Translations under genes and position numbers: made by a program
From: Planctomycetia bacterium
GTDB lineage: Bacteria; Planctomycetota; Planctomycetia; Pirellulales; Thermoguttaceae
Direction of reading: 5' to 3'
Length of the DNA stretch: 64,000 bases
NCBI GenBank assembly: GCA_030539295.1
Contig: JAUNSJ010000001.1
Span: 1 to 64,000, forward strand
Notes under the pieces: model-generated
Told to the model about the DNA's origin: nothing
Database searches by the model: none
What the model saw: only the letters and a program-made list of their open reading frames with translations
Part shown: in pieces, positions 50,515 to 60,031 of the stretch
Layout of the letters: each line of letters opens with the position of its first letter
Numbering within the stretch: position 1 is the stretch's first letter

Positions 50515-53500
50515 ATGAAAAAATCGACAATAGAAAAAGCGTCCAAAGTTCGTCGCAAGGGTACGCCAATTGGGCAACGTGGCAAGATGGCTATTACAAT
50601 GGCGTTGGCTGCGGTACTATTCGGAGCGGGCAATGCCTGGGCCGAGGATGGTTATCTTATCAAAAACGATGATGAGACCACGCATTATGCCTCGCTTTTC
50701 GAGGCCAATCCGAGCGACGGCGACTTAGTCATCGTCGCTGGCGGTAATGTGGAAGGCGGGGGCGCGATAGAATACACCTCCAGTACCTCCCCGGCCAGCA
50801 ACATAACCCTTCGATCGGACGACGATAACGTGGTTCGGAAAATCGACGCGGGCGGTACCGCACGGCTATTCTATTCCGATGTATCAGAATTTGCCCTGAC
50901 GCTCAACATTGCCAACCTGGAATTCACCAACGGGAACGGCACTTCCGGCGGATTGATTTACACACCAAGCTCCGGTGCGGTTACCATCAACGGCAGTAAT
51001 GCGTTTTTCACGAACAGCCATGCTTACGGCGGGGGAGTCCTATCCGCTGGTGTGGTCAATATTAGCGGTTCTAATACGTTTACCAATAACGTGGCAGAGC
51101 ATTCTATCGGTGTGCAGGGCGGCGCGATTTACGCCAGCAGTAATATTGTGCTTGAAGGAAAGCAATCCACGGCGATCTTCTCCGGAAATACTGTTACTGT
51201 AGGTTCAACCACTCATAGAAACGATATTTACGCGGAAAATAACATTACCATAAAGGACGGCGGACGATACAGCTTCGACGGTGGAATCACCACGGGGAAA
51301 GATTTTGACACCTTCACGATCCAGGACGGTTCCAACGTTATCTTTGGCACAAACAGTATTACGACTATTCAGGGAAAGACGCTTCTGGACAACGCCCATC
51401 TCACGATTCAAGGTTCCGATAGCACCACGTTTGACGTCGGCAGGCTGGAAATTGGGAAAGACAGCCAGAACTCCATCGTGTTTGAAAGCACGTATTCCAA
51501 CGAGGGGAGGACCGTCATGGAAGGCGAGAACCTTGTCTCCGCTCTGACCCAGGGCAACATGCAAATGTTCGTAAAAACCACTAAAGGCGACTTCGCGTAT
51601 ATTCGCGAAATTAGCGGCACGCAAGTCATCGTCAACGCCGTGGAAGAAGGAACGAGCACGTTCAATCTCGTGCGGGGCAAGGGTTTGGTCGAGGATTCTC
51701 AAATATACTATTTCGTTGGCTGGTCCAAAACCTTTGGCGGTCACTACTATAGTGCAACCCCGTCAGGAACGAAAACGATTCTGCCCGGCGATCGGATTGT
51801 TGTAACCGCAGACGGATACATGGGAACCTCCGAATTACCGAAATTCGGAGAAGACTTCGCCCTGTCGATTCAATCCAATACGAACGAAGTACGTACGATT
51901 ACCGCGGAGACCAAAACAGTCACGAAGGGTTACGGAAAAATCCTGACCGGTTACGGAAAAATCACGTTGAACCTTAGCCAGATTAAATTCGACAACGACG
52001 ATGTATCGAATACGGGTGCGTTTATCGTTTCAAATAGCGTCGTGGTGAACGGTTCGGGCGAGTTTGCCAATAATGATTCAAGCGGAGATAGCGGCGGCGC
52101 GATTACAGCAGACGATGCCGTTGAGCTGAACGGAACGATTCAATTTATGGGCGAAAAGGCGCAGACCGGACTGGCGTTCACAAATAACCGAGCAACCAGC
52201 GGCGGGGCAATTTCCGGCAATAGCGTAACGATTTCAGGTTCCAATCTTTATGTGTACGACGGAAAGAAAACGTATGCCAACACGTTCACGGGCAACGAGA
52301 TTAGCGGCGGCAGCGGCGGGGCCGTTTATGCCAGTGCCAGCGTAAGTCTTTCCGGCTCCAACCTGTTTGATAAAAACGTCTCAGAGAGCGATGGCGGCGC
52401 GATTTATTCCGGAGGAACCGTCTCGGTCTCCGGCGAAAACAAGTTCACCGATAATAAAGCGAGTACCGGGCAAGGCGGCGCGATTTGGGCTGCGAGCAAT
52501 GTGACTTTTTCCGACACGGACTCCACAACAACCTTCGCTGGAAACACAGCCAACGGCGTTAAAAACGACGTGTTCTCCCAGAACGGCAATATTACCTTTA
52601 GCGGCGGTACGTACATTCTCGGCGGCGGTTTGGTCGCGGACGGTAACCCTGACGACAAGAACAGTGGTATTATAAATGTCACCGGAGGAGCCTACGTTAA
52701 TCTTGAGGATGGAACCATATCCTCCGCCAGGAATTTGGTGATTGATAATAACGCGACGCTGGACATTGACCTGAACGCGAACAACAAGGTATCGGCACTC
52801 AACGCGGTGGACGTTGCCGACGGCGCGACCGAATTGTTCTTATCCGGAACCGGCTCGATAAACGAAGGCAATATGGATGTGTACCTTGAAAAAACCGACG
52901 GCATGACCAACGGTTACTACCTCGTCGCAGCCGGCAATTTTTCCGGGAACGATACCAGCAACGTGACACACAATAGCTGGGATTTCGCCGCAAGCCGCAT
53001 TTCCGCAACGGATACGGGACTCTATCTGGGCGTTCTGCTCAATGGGGGCGCTGTCCTGCGCAGCGACGCCAGCGGAACACTGAACGCGGCCGATACATTT
53101 GACGCCGTGTTCGAAGACGGCTTGGGCGCAGTGGCTACTGGCAATGTGATTACGATTAGCAATGACGTTCATGCGGAAAACGCCATTAATCTGAACGCAG
53201 ATGTCAATGAACTGACGATTCAGTCCGATGATTCGGCACAACGGCGAACCATTACGGCCACAGGCATTACCGGTCACCGATTCTTAAACTTTGAAGGGGA
53301 CTGCACGGTCAATACGACGAATATCATATTCGAGAACAGTGGAACTGATCTCGTCCAAGGCGGCGCGATTTTCTCGAACGGTAACCTGACGATCAATGGA
53401 ACTACGGAATTTAAGAATAACCAGGCTGAACTCGGCGGCGCGATTTACGCCGTAGGAAATGTCACGTTTGCCGAAGGATCCCATATAGATTTCAGCGGCA

Positions 53501-55206
53501 ATACAATGGGAAGCGGCGAGAACGAGACTCCGAACGACTTGTACGTTGCGCCCACACTCGGTGGTTCCAGCGTTATTACCATCGAAAAAGATGCGATCGT
53601 CAACTTCCACGGTGGTATCGATTGCGGAGCTGTTGGAAATACGTCGCTTGTCATTGACCAAGGTGCTCATGTTACGTTCAGCGACGACGCGACTGTCAAT
53701 ATCAGCGGCGAAATGCATATCAACTCGTCCGATGTGACCTTCGGTGACGACGTCGTGATGGATTTCCAAAACGGGGTCATCGCTGGCGTGAACGTTTCGC
53801 AGTCGTTGAGTGGGAATGTTTCGATTGCCAAAGAGCTGGGCGCGACGTTTGACCTTGAGAATAACAGTAACAGTTCTATTGACCTGCGAGACGCGAGTAA
53901 CGTAACGATCTCGGAGGATGTGGCCGTGAAAATCTACGATGACAACGGTAACGTGCTGTCCGCCAAAGATTTCAAGGGAAAACTTCCCGCCTCGGGCAAT
54001 ACGTGGACGCTGATTTACGGGAAAAACGACGCCCTGGCAAACGTGGGCGGCGAGGATGTCTACGAATCGCTCCTGTACAAAGTCCAACTTGGGCTGGACG
54101 GTCAGAACTTCGTGATAAAATCCGAAAAGAAAGATCTGCAACCCAGCGCGATAGAGCGCAACGCGGAAGCCGCGAGACAATTGTTCGGTGACGAGATTTT
54201 CGATGTTAAAACAGAAGACGAAGCAAGACTGGTCGTCAGCGGAGCCACCGGAGAAATCTATGCCTCGACGGCCAACGCTCAAGTTCAGCGACTGAATTAT
54301 CTCAATACGATGCTCGTAAACCGGCTCCTTGGCCATGAGGATTCGCAAGCGCGGGTCGAGTCAACGGTTCGAGGTCAGTGTGCCGAGCATTGCCCGGCTG
54401 CAAATCTCTGGGCCAGTGGTTACGGAATCGGTGGCTTTACGGACATGGACGGTTCTTACGTTGCCGGCTACGACTACAAAGCAGGCGGCATGCTCGCCGG
54501 GGCCGATTGGCAAGGAGCCAACGCGCAATGGGGACTCTTTTGTGGATATGGGCAGACCGGTATCGACGCGGCCAATGCCGATGTCCATTCGAAAGATACC
54601 ACGCTCGGTGGCTACCTCCTCTGGGACAGTCGGCTCGGAGGTGGGTATACGACTCTCCTTGGCAACGTTTCCTTGAGCGATGTCTCCGGAACCCGAACGA
54701 TTTCCGCCGACTCGTACGCGAACAAGTTCGATGCCCGACAGTCGTCCTGCTATCTGGAAAAGGGTTGGAAGTACGAGAATAACCTTGGAGTCATGGTTAA
54801 TCCTTATGGCGTTTTGCAATATATAGGCTACAACGCAGACGCTACGGGCGATGATGTCCTTGCCATCGACGAAGTCAACTACGATTCCTTGCGTACGAAA
54901 GCCGGAGTGCGTTTGGACCGGAATTTCTGCCGCAACGGGAATCTGTGGACGCTTTCCTCCGGGTTCGCCTGGAATCATGAACTGCTTGACACGAGTGCCA
55001 ATTTCATTGCCACAACCAACTTCGGAGGACAGCCAGTGGCGGCAACAATCTTCGGAAACGAGGCCGGCCGCGACTGGTTCGAATACACCGCGGGCGCGAA
55101 AGTGGCTTTGACAGAAAACGTCACGCTCTCCGGCGATTATTTCCTCTTCGTCAATAAGCGATCGACCCTCAATGCCGGTATGGGCACGCTAACCTGGCGT
55201 TACTAA
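50515..55206 (+). CDS. Giant autotransporter adhesin with Chlamydia-Pmp-type passenger repeats (GGAI / FxxN) and a C-terminal autotransporter beta-barrel.
   Basis: Signal region MKKSTIEK...MAITMALAAVLFGAGNAWA. At least 8 GGAI(Y/W/F/S) repeats with FTNN/FTDN/FKNN/FDKN motifs. C-terminal beta-barrel (LWASGYGIGGF...GMGTLTWRY, terminal aromatic). The 50413 start is probably upstream of the real one. Confidence 0.85.
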   Translation: MKKSTIEKASKVRRKGTPIGQRGKMAITMALAAVLFGAGNAWAEDGYLIKNDDETTHYASLFEANPSDGDLVIVAGGNVEGGGAIEYTSSTSPASNITLRSDDDNVVRKIDAGGTARLFYSDVSEFALTLNIANLEFTNGNGTSGGLIYTPSSGAVTINGSNAFFTNSHAYGGGVLSAGVVNISGSNTFTNNVAEHSIGVQGGAIYASSNIVLEGKQSTAIFSGNTVTVGSTTHRNDIYAENNITIKDGGRYSFDGGITTGKDFDTFTIQDGSNVIFGTNSITTIQGKTLLDNAHLTIQGSDSTTFDVGRLEIGKDSQNSIVFESTYSNEGRTVMEGENLVSALTQGNMQMFVKTTKGDFAYIREISGTQVIVNAVEEGTSTFNLVRGKGLVEDSQIYYFVGWSKTFGGHYYSATPSGTKTILPGDRIVVTADGYMGTSELPKFGEDFALSIQSNTNEVRTITAETKTVTKGYGKILTGYGKITLNLSQIKFDNDDVSNTGAFIVSNSVVVNGSGEFANNDSSGDSGGAITADDAVELNGTIQFMGEKAQTGLAFTNNRATSGGAISGNSVTISGSNLYVYDGKKTYANTFTGNEISGGSGGAVYASASVSLSGSNLFDKNVSESDGGAIYSGGTVSVSGENKFTDNKASTGQGGAIWAASNVTFSDTDSTTTFAGNTANGVKNDVFSQNGNITFSGGTYILGGGLVADGNPDDKNSGIINVTGGAYVNLEDGTISSARNLVIDNNATLDIDLNANNKVSALNAVDVADGATELFLSGTGSINEGNMDVYLEKTDGMTNGYYLVAAGNFSGNDTSNVTHNSWDFAASRISATDTGLYLGVLLNGGAVLRSDASGTLNAADTFDAVFEDGLGAVATGNVITISNDVHAENAINLNADVNELTIQSDDSAQRRTITATGITGHRFLNFEGDCTVNTTNIIFENSGTDLVQGGAIFSNGNLTINGTTEFKNNQAELGGAIYAVGNVTFAEGSHIDFSGNTMGSGENETPNDLYVAPTLGGSSVITIEKDAIVNFHGGIDCGAVGNTSLVIDQGAHVTFSDDATVNISGEMHINSSDVTFGDDVVMDFQNGVIAGVNVSQSLSGNVSIAKELGATFDLENNSNSSIDLRDASNVTISEDVAVKIYDDNGNVLSAKDFKGKLPASGNTWTLIYGKNDALANVGGEDVYESLLYKVQLGLDGQNFVIKSEKKDLQPSAIERNAEAARQLFGDEIFDVKTEDEARLVVSGATGEIYASTANAQVQRLNYLNTMLVNRLLGHEDSQARVESTVRGQCAEHCPAANLWASGYGIGGFTDMDGSYVAGYDYKAGGMLAGADWQGANAQWGLFCGYGQTGIDAANADVHSKDTTLGGYLLWDSRLGGGYTTLLGNVSLSDVSGTRTISADSYANKFDARQSSCYLEKGWKYENNLGVMVNPYGVLQYIGYNADATGDDVLAIDEVNYDSLRTKAGVRLDRNFCRNGNLWTLSSGFAWNHELLDTSANFIATTNFGGQPVAATIFGNEAGRDWFEYTAGAKVALTENVTLSGDYFLFVNKRSTLNAGMGTLTWRY

Positions 55207-55435
55207 AGTCGCGAAGCATCTTGCGTACTGCAAAGACAGAGAGACAAGCGAAAAATGAAGGGGAGGCAGAAGAGGAGTCCCGACTAGAACGAAGGTGTGA
55301 CGCGGCGAAGGAGCACTTCCGTGAAGGCCCCTTCCCTCTTTTCGCGGCGACACGACAGGGTGATGACTCCTTTTGCCACCCGCGCAAATGGAACAAATTC
55401 AAAACCGACAAAAATTTTTTGCGTTTTTTCCGAAA

Positions 55436-56686
55436 TTATTTGCGTGCCAAGGAGGTTCGTATCTCCAGCAGAGGCTGCCCGGTTTCCCGTGCGATTCGAC
55501 GCAATTCTTCATATTCCGGCTTGAATCGCTGCTTACCATCAGGCAAAACGACGGTTTTTCCCTCGACCGGTCCGAAATTTGTTTCGATAATTTCTTTAGA
55601 GCGTTTTAATTCATAGCGATCGGTCGGACGCACGCGGAGGCCAATGGCGGGGGTCTCTTCGAAGAGGAGTCTGGCAACCTGTTCCGCGTTTTCCGGGTCA
55701 CACAGAACGCCCAGAAGGAATCCGGGGCGCTGTTTTTTCATCATGATGGGCGTCGTCCAGATATCGCGTGCGCCTAAGGCAGTTAGCCGTTCCCAGACGA
55801 AGCCGACCAGTTCGCCGTCGCAATCGTCGAGATTGGTCTCTACTATACACAGAGGCGTTTTGGAGACGTTCGGCGTGTCGATAAAAAGGGGTTGTTGGCT
55901 TCCATGAGGAGTGGAAAAAGCGTCGTCAGGAGAGTTTTGAGCATGACAGGCAACGGGATCCATCAGAAAAAGCGTGAGGACGTTCGCCTGTTCCGCAAGG
56001 TCGCGGCCGCCGGCACCGACTCCGTTTGTCTGCACAACCGCCAGAGGCATACTGCCGTAACTTGTGGCGTAGTGGGTTGTTAAAACAGCACCAGTGGGCG
56101 TTGCCAGTTCGAAAGGAATCTCTGTTCCGAAGCTGGGAACCCCTTTGAGTAACTCCGCCGTGGCCGGCGCGGGTATGGAACAGAGGCCATGTGCCATTTG
56201 CAGGGTCCCTGTTCCGGTTGCTATTGGCGAGGCAAGAATTTGCGAGACGCCTTTGTTCGCCTTGAGCCATTCAAAAGCGGCAACTCCGCAGAGAATGTCG
56301 GCAATGGAATCGGCGGCGCCGACCTCATGGAAGTGAATTTCGTCCGGAGTTTTCCCGTGGACATGAGCCTCGGCCGCGGCAAGCTTCTGAAAAACGGCGC
56401 TCGATTGCTCTTTGGCGGGTTCCGAAAGAGAAGAGCGACCAATGATCGTAAGAATATCGGCCAAATGGCGGTGAGCGTGCTCGTGGGGGAGCTGCACATC
56501 GACCTTGCAGGCGCGAAACGCACCGCGAATGACCTCTTGTCGGGTGAGCGTGAGTCCGGAAATGCCCAGGGAAGCAACAATATTCTGGAGTAATGAAAAT
56601 GGGACACCTAAATCAACAAATGCTCCAAGAAACATGTCGCCGCTGACCCCATGGGATGCGTCAATATATAAAATCGCTTCTTTCAT
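55436..56686 (-). CDS. larC: LarC-family (DUF111/TIGR00299) nickel-insertion protein.
   Basis: MKEAILYIDASHGVSGDMFLGAFVDLGVP matches the LarC N-terminus (M..LYLDCFSGISGDM.LGAL.DLG). The start at 56686 was chosen over the 601-aa ORF extension, which runs antisense into the next gene and its promoter. Confidence 0.75.
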   Translation of the reverse strand: MKEAILYIDASHGVSGDMFLGAFVDLGVPFSLLQNIVASLGISGLTLTRQEVIRGAFRACKVDVQLPHEHAHRHLADILTIIGRSSLSEPAKEQSSAVFQKLAAAEAHVHGKTPDEIHFHEVGAADSIADILCGVAAFEWLKANKGVSQILASPIATGTGTLQMAHGLCSIPAPATAELLKGVPSFGTEIPFELATPTGAVLTTHYATSYGSMPLAVVQTNGVGAGGRDLAEQANVLTLFLMDPVACHAQNSPDDAFSTPHGSQQPLFIDTPNVSKTPLCIVETNLDDCDGELVGFVWERLTALGARDIWTTPIMMKKQRPGFLLGVLCDPENAEQVARLLFEETPAIGLRVRPTDRYELKRSKEIIETNFGPVEGKTVVLPDGKQRFKPEYEELRRIARETGQPLLEIRTSLARK

Positions 56687-56710
56687 GATAAACTTCTCTT
56701 TAACCTTAAC

Positions 56711-56739
56711 TTGACAAAACTTGTTTTCGGAGATATAAT
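56711..56739 (+). promoter_or_regulatory. Perfect consensus sigma70 promoter (TTGACA-N17-TATAAT).
   Basis: ttgaca aaacttgttttcggaga tataat, read directly, 39 nt upstream of the ATG at 56778. Confidence 0.6.
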
Positions 56740-56777
56740 GTCGGGAGTCGTATTTTATTTTACGCGAAATCGAGGCC

Positions 56778-58403
56778 TTGACAATGACACCAGAAGAAAA
56801 AAATGAGAAACCGGACCATTGGATGTTTCTATCGGAATCCCTGGATGGTTTTAATACGGATGAGAACACGATGAGAACAGAGCAAGACAAGCAAGAGACG
56901 GAAACCCCACAAGAGCAGCAACCGCGGCGTCGTGGCCGCCCCCGCAAACGCCCTTTAGAGGCAGCCGAGCCGACCGCCGAGACACCGAAACGTCGCGGCC
57001 GTAAGCGGAAAGTCCGTGAGGAATCCGAGCAGCTTCCGCTTGAGGCAATCGTCCCGGGCGGAGAGCAGGAGACCCGCGTTGACTTGACCATTGGCGATGT
57101 GGACACGATCCAAAAGCCACGGCGGCGCGGGCGCCGCCCGGCCAGTGAACGAGTGGAGCAAAAGGCACCTGCCGCGGACCCCTGGACCGTTTTGGCCTCG
57201 CAAATTGGTGAAATAGGAACGGCTCCGGCCAAACCGGCCACACCCCCAATTCAGAGTATTCTTCCGGAAATTCCTGTCGTTGCCCCGGCACCAGGCGACC
57301 CAGCCCTGGAGGTCTTTTTTGCCGGTGACGAAGAACCATTGGAAATCGACTGGGGAAAGCCTCCGGTCAAGAGCGAATCTGTTACGGTCGTAGAGGAGTC
57401 TGCCCCGAGCTTTGCCCCTGCGCGGCCAGCACAACCGGAATTGGTCAAGCCAACATTAGACCCGGCGATACTCTTTACCGCGGGCGATGAAGAACCCCTG
57501 ACGATCGACTGGGGGCGTTCGCCCAAAAAGGCAGCGAAACCGGAAGCCCCTGCGGAACCGGTGGCCAGAGCAGAAGAAACAATGGTGGAACCTGGCGTGA
57601 CCGAGACGGACCGTGGTCGTCGAGACTTTCCCGCGAGAGACCGTGGCGAGCGTAACGAGCGTAACGACCGCGGCGAGCGACGTGGCCGCCGTGACCGCAA
57701 TGATCGAAGTGACCGCAATGATCGTCGTGACCGTGACCGGGGCGAGGGACGTGGCGAGCGGCAGGAGCGGGATGATCGGTCACGTTCTTCGCAACCTTCT
57801 CTTCTCCCGACGGATGACGAGCAACTGATGCGTGATGTTCCTGTTGACGTGTTAGAATCCGCGAATACGCGTGGCCGGCGAGGCAATCGGAACCGTCCAG
57901 AGGAACGAGAGCAGCCTGTTGCCAATAGGGAAACTGTCGTTAACCTTGAAAAGGAGAGTCCATTTTCGTTTGAGGAGCCGGCGGATCGTCCGCAGGGGCG
58001 TGACGCAGGCGAGCGAGGACGGGGACGGCGTCGAGGCGGTCGTGATACGCGACGGGATGACCTTCGGAAGGAAGAGCCGATACAGACGCGAGATAAAACG
58101 GCCGACAGTTCGGACCAATCGTTTTTTAAATTCGCCAGCGACGAAGAGTTTGCCTGGCCGGCGATTTCGGAAGACGCGGAAGTGGTTCGAGACGAGCGTT
58201 CGCGGAGCCGCGAGCCACGACGCGACCGCAGTCGTAGTCGAGACGAAGGCGCAGCGAAGGAATCCGCTCCGGAATCACGAGGACGCGGCGGGAGTCGTTC
58301 GCCAGCGGAACCGCGTCCGGAACGGCCCGGCTTGAGTTGGGATGACGCTATTCTGAACGTTGTCCAGTTCAATCTCGACCGCCATGGGAACAGAAAAAAA
58401 TAA
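56778..58403 (+). CDS. Highly charged, probably disordered protein with AT-hook-like RGRP motifs, two copies of an 18-aa AGDEEPL(E/T)IDWG repeat, and an Arg/Asp/Glu-rich (RD/RE repeat) tail.
   Basis: PRRRGRPRKRP and KRRGRKRK (AT-hook-like). FFAGDEEPLEIDWGKPP and LFTAGDEEPLTIDWGRSP. DRGRRDFPARDRGERNERNDRGERRGRRDRNDRSDRNDRRDRDRGEGRGERQERDDR. This frame was chosen over the overlapping antisense ORFs because of the promoter and start context. Confidence 0.5.
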   Translation: MTMTPEEKNEKPDHWMFLSESLDGFNTDENTMRTEQDKQETETPQEQQPRRRGRPRKRPLEAAEPTAETPKRRGRKRKVREESEQLPLEAIVPGGEQETRVDLTIGDVDTIQKPRRRGRRPASERVEQKAPAADPWTVLASQIGEIGTAPAKPATPPIQSILPEIPVVAPAPGDPALEVFFAGDEEPLEIDWGKPPVKSESVTVVEESAPSFAPARPAQPELVKPTLDPAILFTAGDEEPLTIDWGRSPKKAAKPEAPAEPVARAEETMVEPGVTETDRGRRDFPARDRGERNERNDRGERRGRRDRNDRSDRNDRRDRDRGEGRGERQERDDRSRSSQPSLLPTDDEQLMRDVPVDVLESANTRGRRGNRNRPEEREQPVANRETVVNLEKESPFSFEEPADRPQGRDAGERGRGRRRGGRDTRRDDLRKEEPIQTRDKTADSSDQSFFKFASDEEFAWPAISEDAEVVRDERSRSREPRRDRSRSRDEGAAKESAPESRGRGGSRSPAEPRPERPGLSWDDAILNVVQFNLDRHGNRKK

Positions 58404-58673
58404 GGCGCAACGAGTCGCCTTGGTCGTATGCAACAAGCCGAATAATCGTTCTGGTTATCCGGCTTGTTGCTTTTGTGTCTGTCTTGTAACTGCGCGCAAT
58501 TCGTCGCATGTCTGAATGAGGTGAACTTCCCGATACGGCGCTGAGACTGAAAAAAACGGAGGCTGCCTCTTAAAAATCTGCACCTTCCCGCTCCGTGGCG
58601 TCGCGACGGGGTAGACTCGGTTTGTTGCTGTCTGCGGCGTGGCGTCTATGCGGTAGTCAGGCTCGCTCATGGC

Positions 58674-59021
58674 GTGAGACAGGCAAAGTCGGGTAAGGAC
58701 AGATATATTAGCGACTTGGGAGACCTCTTTATGAAATTGGCCATTTATGACAATCAGGACGATCTTTGTGATACGCTGGAGGTAGCGACGTCACGGCCGG
58801 ACCAGGTACCGGCCATGTCGATTATGGCGGACCGCATTTGGCAAGTACTGCGTCGGCGCGGCCAATTGAGTATAAGCGGGCTGGCCCGTGAGATCGGCGC
58901 CCCTCGCGATTATGTTATGGAGGGGCTCGGCTGGCTCGGCTGCGAAGGCCGGATAACGGTGCACGAAGAGGCACGGGTTCGAGTCGTAACCCTCCGCCCG
59001 CAAGAGTATTCCGTGGAATAA
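58674..59021 (+). CDS. Small putative winged-helix DNA-binding protein.
   Basis: ADRIWQVLRRRGQLSISGLAREIGAPRDYVMEGLGWLGCEGRI resembles a wHTH recognition helix followed by a wing. The true start may be an internal Met (58734 or 58815). Confidence 0.35.
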   Translation: MRQAKSGKDRYISDLGDLFMKLAIYDNQDDLCDTLEVATSRPDQVPAMSIMADRIWQVLRRRGQLSISGLAREIGAPRDYVMEGLGWLGCEGRITVHEEARVRVVTLRPQEYSVE

Positions 59022-59182
59022 ACAGACCGCCTGTTTTCTTTTTCTCAAGTTCACGTTGACACGGACGGAAAGAGCATGTATAATCTTTTCGTGGTGACTG
59101 CTGTCGGGCAGAGCTGGTCAAGAGGCGGCTCGACAGAAAAACCGAAAGCTGAAACCGTGACAACAAGAACAAAGGAGAAAAG

Positions 59183-59950
59183 ATGAAAAAGACACTCAAG
59201 CGAAGTTGCTGGCTGCTGGCCGTTTTGGTCCTGCTGACAAGTCAGGCGATTCTGAGCGCCCAAGAGCAACCTCTGCCGCCGACAGTCGTACCCGCCAATA
59301 AGATGGATGTGCAGTGGTGGAAAGAACGGCACGAAGCGAACAAAGCGCGAATTGCGCAGGGGAACGTCGACCTCCTGCTCGTTGGCGACTCAATCACCCA
59401 CGGTTGGGATGGGGTTGGCACCAAGGTGCAGGAATACTACTACGGCGACCGGAATTTTGTGAATATGGGTTTTGGAGGGGACCAGACGCAACATGTACTC
59501 TGGCGACTCAACGATGCGCCCATGGACAAAATCGAGCCGAAAGCCGCCATGCTGCTAATCGGCATCAACAATCTTTGGGGCGACTGGGAGAACTGCTCCG
59601 AAAACGTTGCGCTCGGGATAAAGGCCTGTGTTGACAAACTTCAAAGCCTGTATCCGGACATAAAAATCCTGGTCCTGGATATTTTCCCAACGCACGAGAC
59701 GGCCGACTCGGCAGTCAGACCGCGAGCGGCAGCCACCAACGCCCTTCTGCCGGAACTGCTGAAGGATTATAAAAACGTCACCATTATGGACATTAACCAT
59801 CTCTGGCTCGATGAAAACGGCAAGATGCCTAAAGAACTTATGAACGACTTCGTTCACCCGACGGAATACGGCTATAAACTTTGGGGCGCCGAAGTTGAAC
59901 CGGTCATCGCCAAAATGCTCGGCGACGAACCGAAAGCGAAAATGGAATAA
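59183..59950 (+). CDS. Secreted SGNH/GDSL-family hydrolase (PAF-acetylhydrolase-like esterase).
   Basis: Signal peptide. LLVGDSITHGW (GDS(L) block I). GFGGDQT (block II). GINN (block III). DFVHPT (block V, DxxH). Confidence 0.75.
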   Translation: MKKTLKRSCWLLAVLVLLTSQAILSAQEQPLPPTVVPANKMDVQWWKERHEANKARIAQGNVDLLLVGDSITHGWDGVGTKVQEYYYGDRNFVNMGFGGDQTQHVLWRLNDAPMDKIEPKAAMLLIGINNLWGDWENCSENVALGIKACVDKLQSLYPDIKILVLDIFPTHETADSAVRPRAAATNALLPELLKDYKNVTIMDINHLWLDENGKMPKELMNDFVHPTEYGYKLWGAEVEPVIAKMLGDEPKAKME

Positions 59951-59983
59951 TTCGCGGTCGTTGTTATCTGCGTCGATAGTCAA

Positions 59984-60031
59984 GCGGAGTGTGGCGAAAG
60001 GAATGGCTTTTCGTTGATACTCCGCTTTTTA
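59984..60031. terminator. Hairpin plus T-run between the convergent SGNH-hydrolase and rlmKL genes. Candidate bidirectional terminator.
   Basis: GCGGAGT ... ACTCCGC followed by TTTTTAT. The loop of about 28 nt has a nested cgaaagg/cttttcg stem. Confidence 0.35.

Noticed and set aside
53284-54348. 354-aa minus-strand ORF, plus others at 51205..51744 and 52840..53277.
   Set aside because: Antisense to the 1,597-aa autotransporter, whose Pmp repeats and beta-barrel are unambiguous.
56687-57241. N-terminal 185-aa extension of the larC ORF.
   Set aside because: The LarC signature starts at the Met encoded at 56686. The extension is Cys/Ser/Arg-rich, has no homology, and would run antisense through the consensus promoter and the 5' end of the next gene.
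56851-58372. Minus-strand ORFs of 373, 162 and 159 aa overlapping the RD-rich gene.
   Set aside because: GC-rich repetitive DNA is open in several frames. The plus-strand frame has a perfect promoter, a sensible start and an internally consistent repeat architecture. The minus frames give Ser/Arg/Pro-rich junk. Residual uncertainty is noted in the findings.
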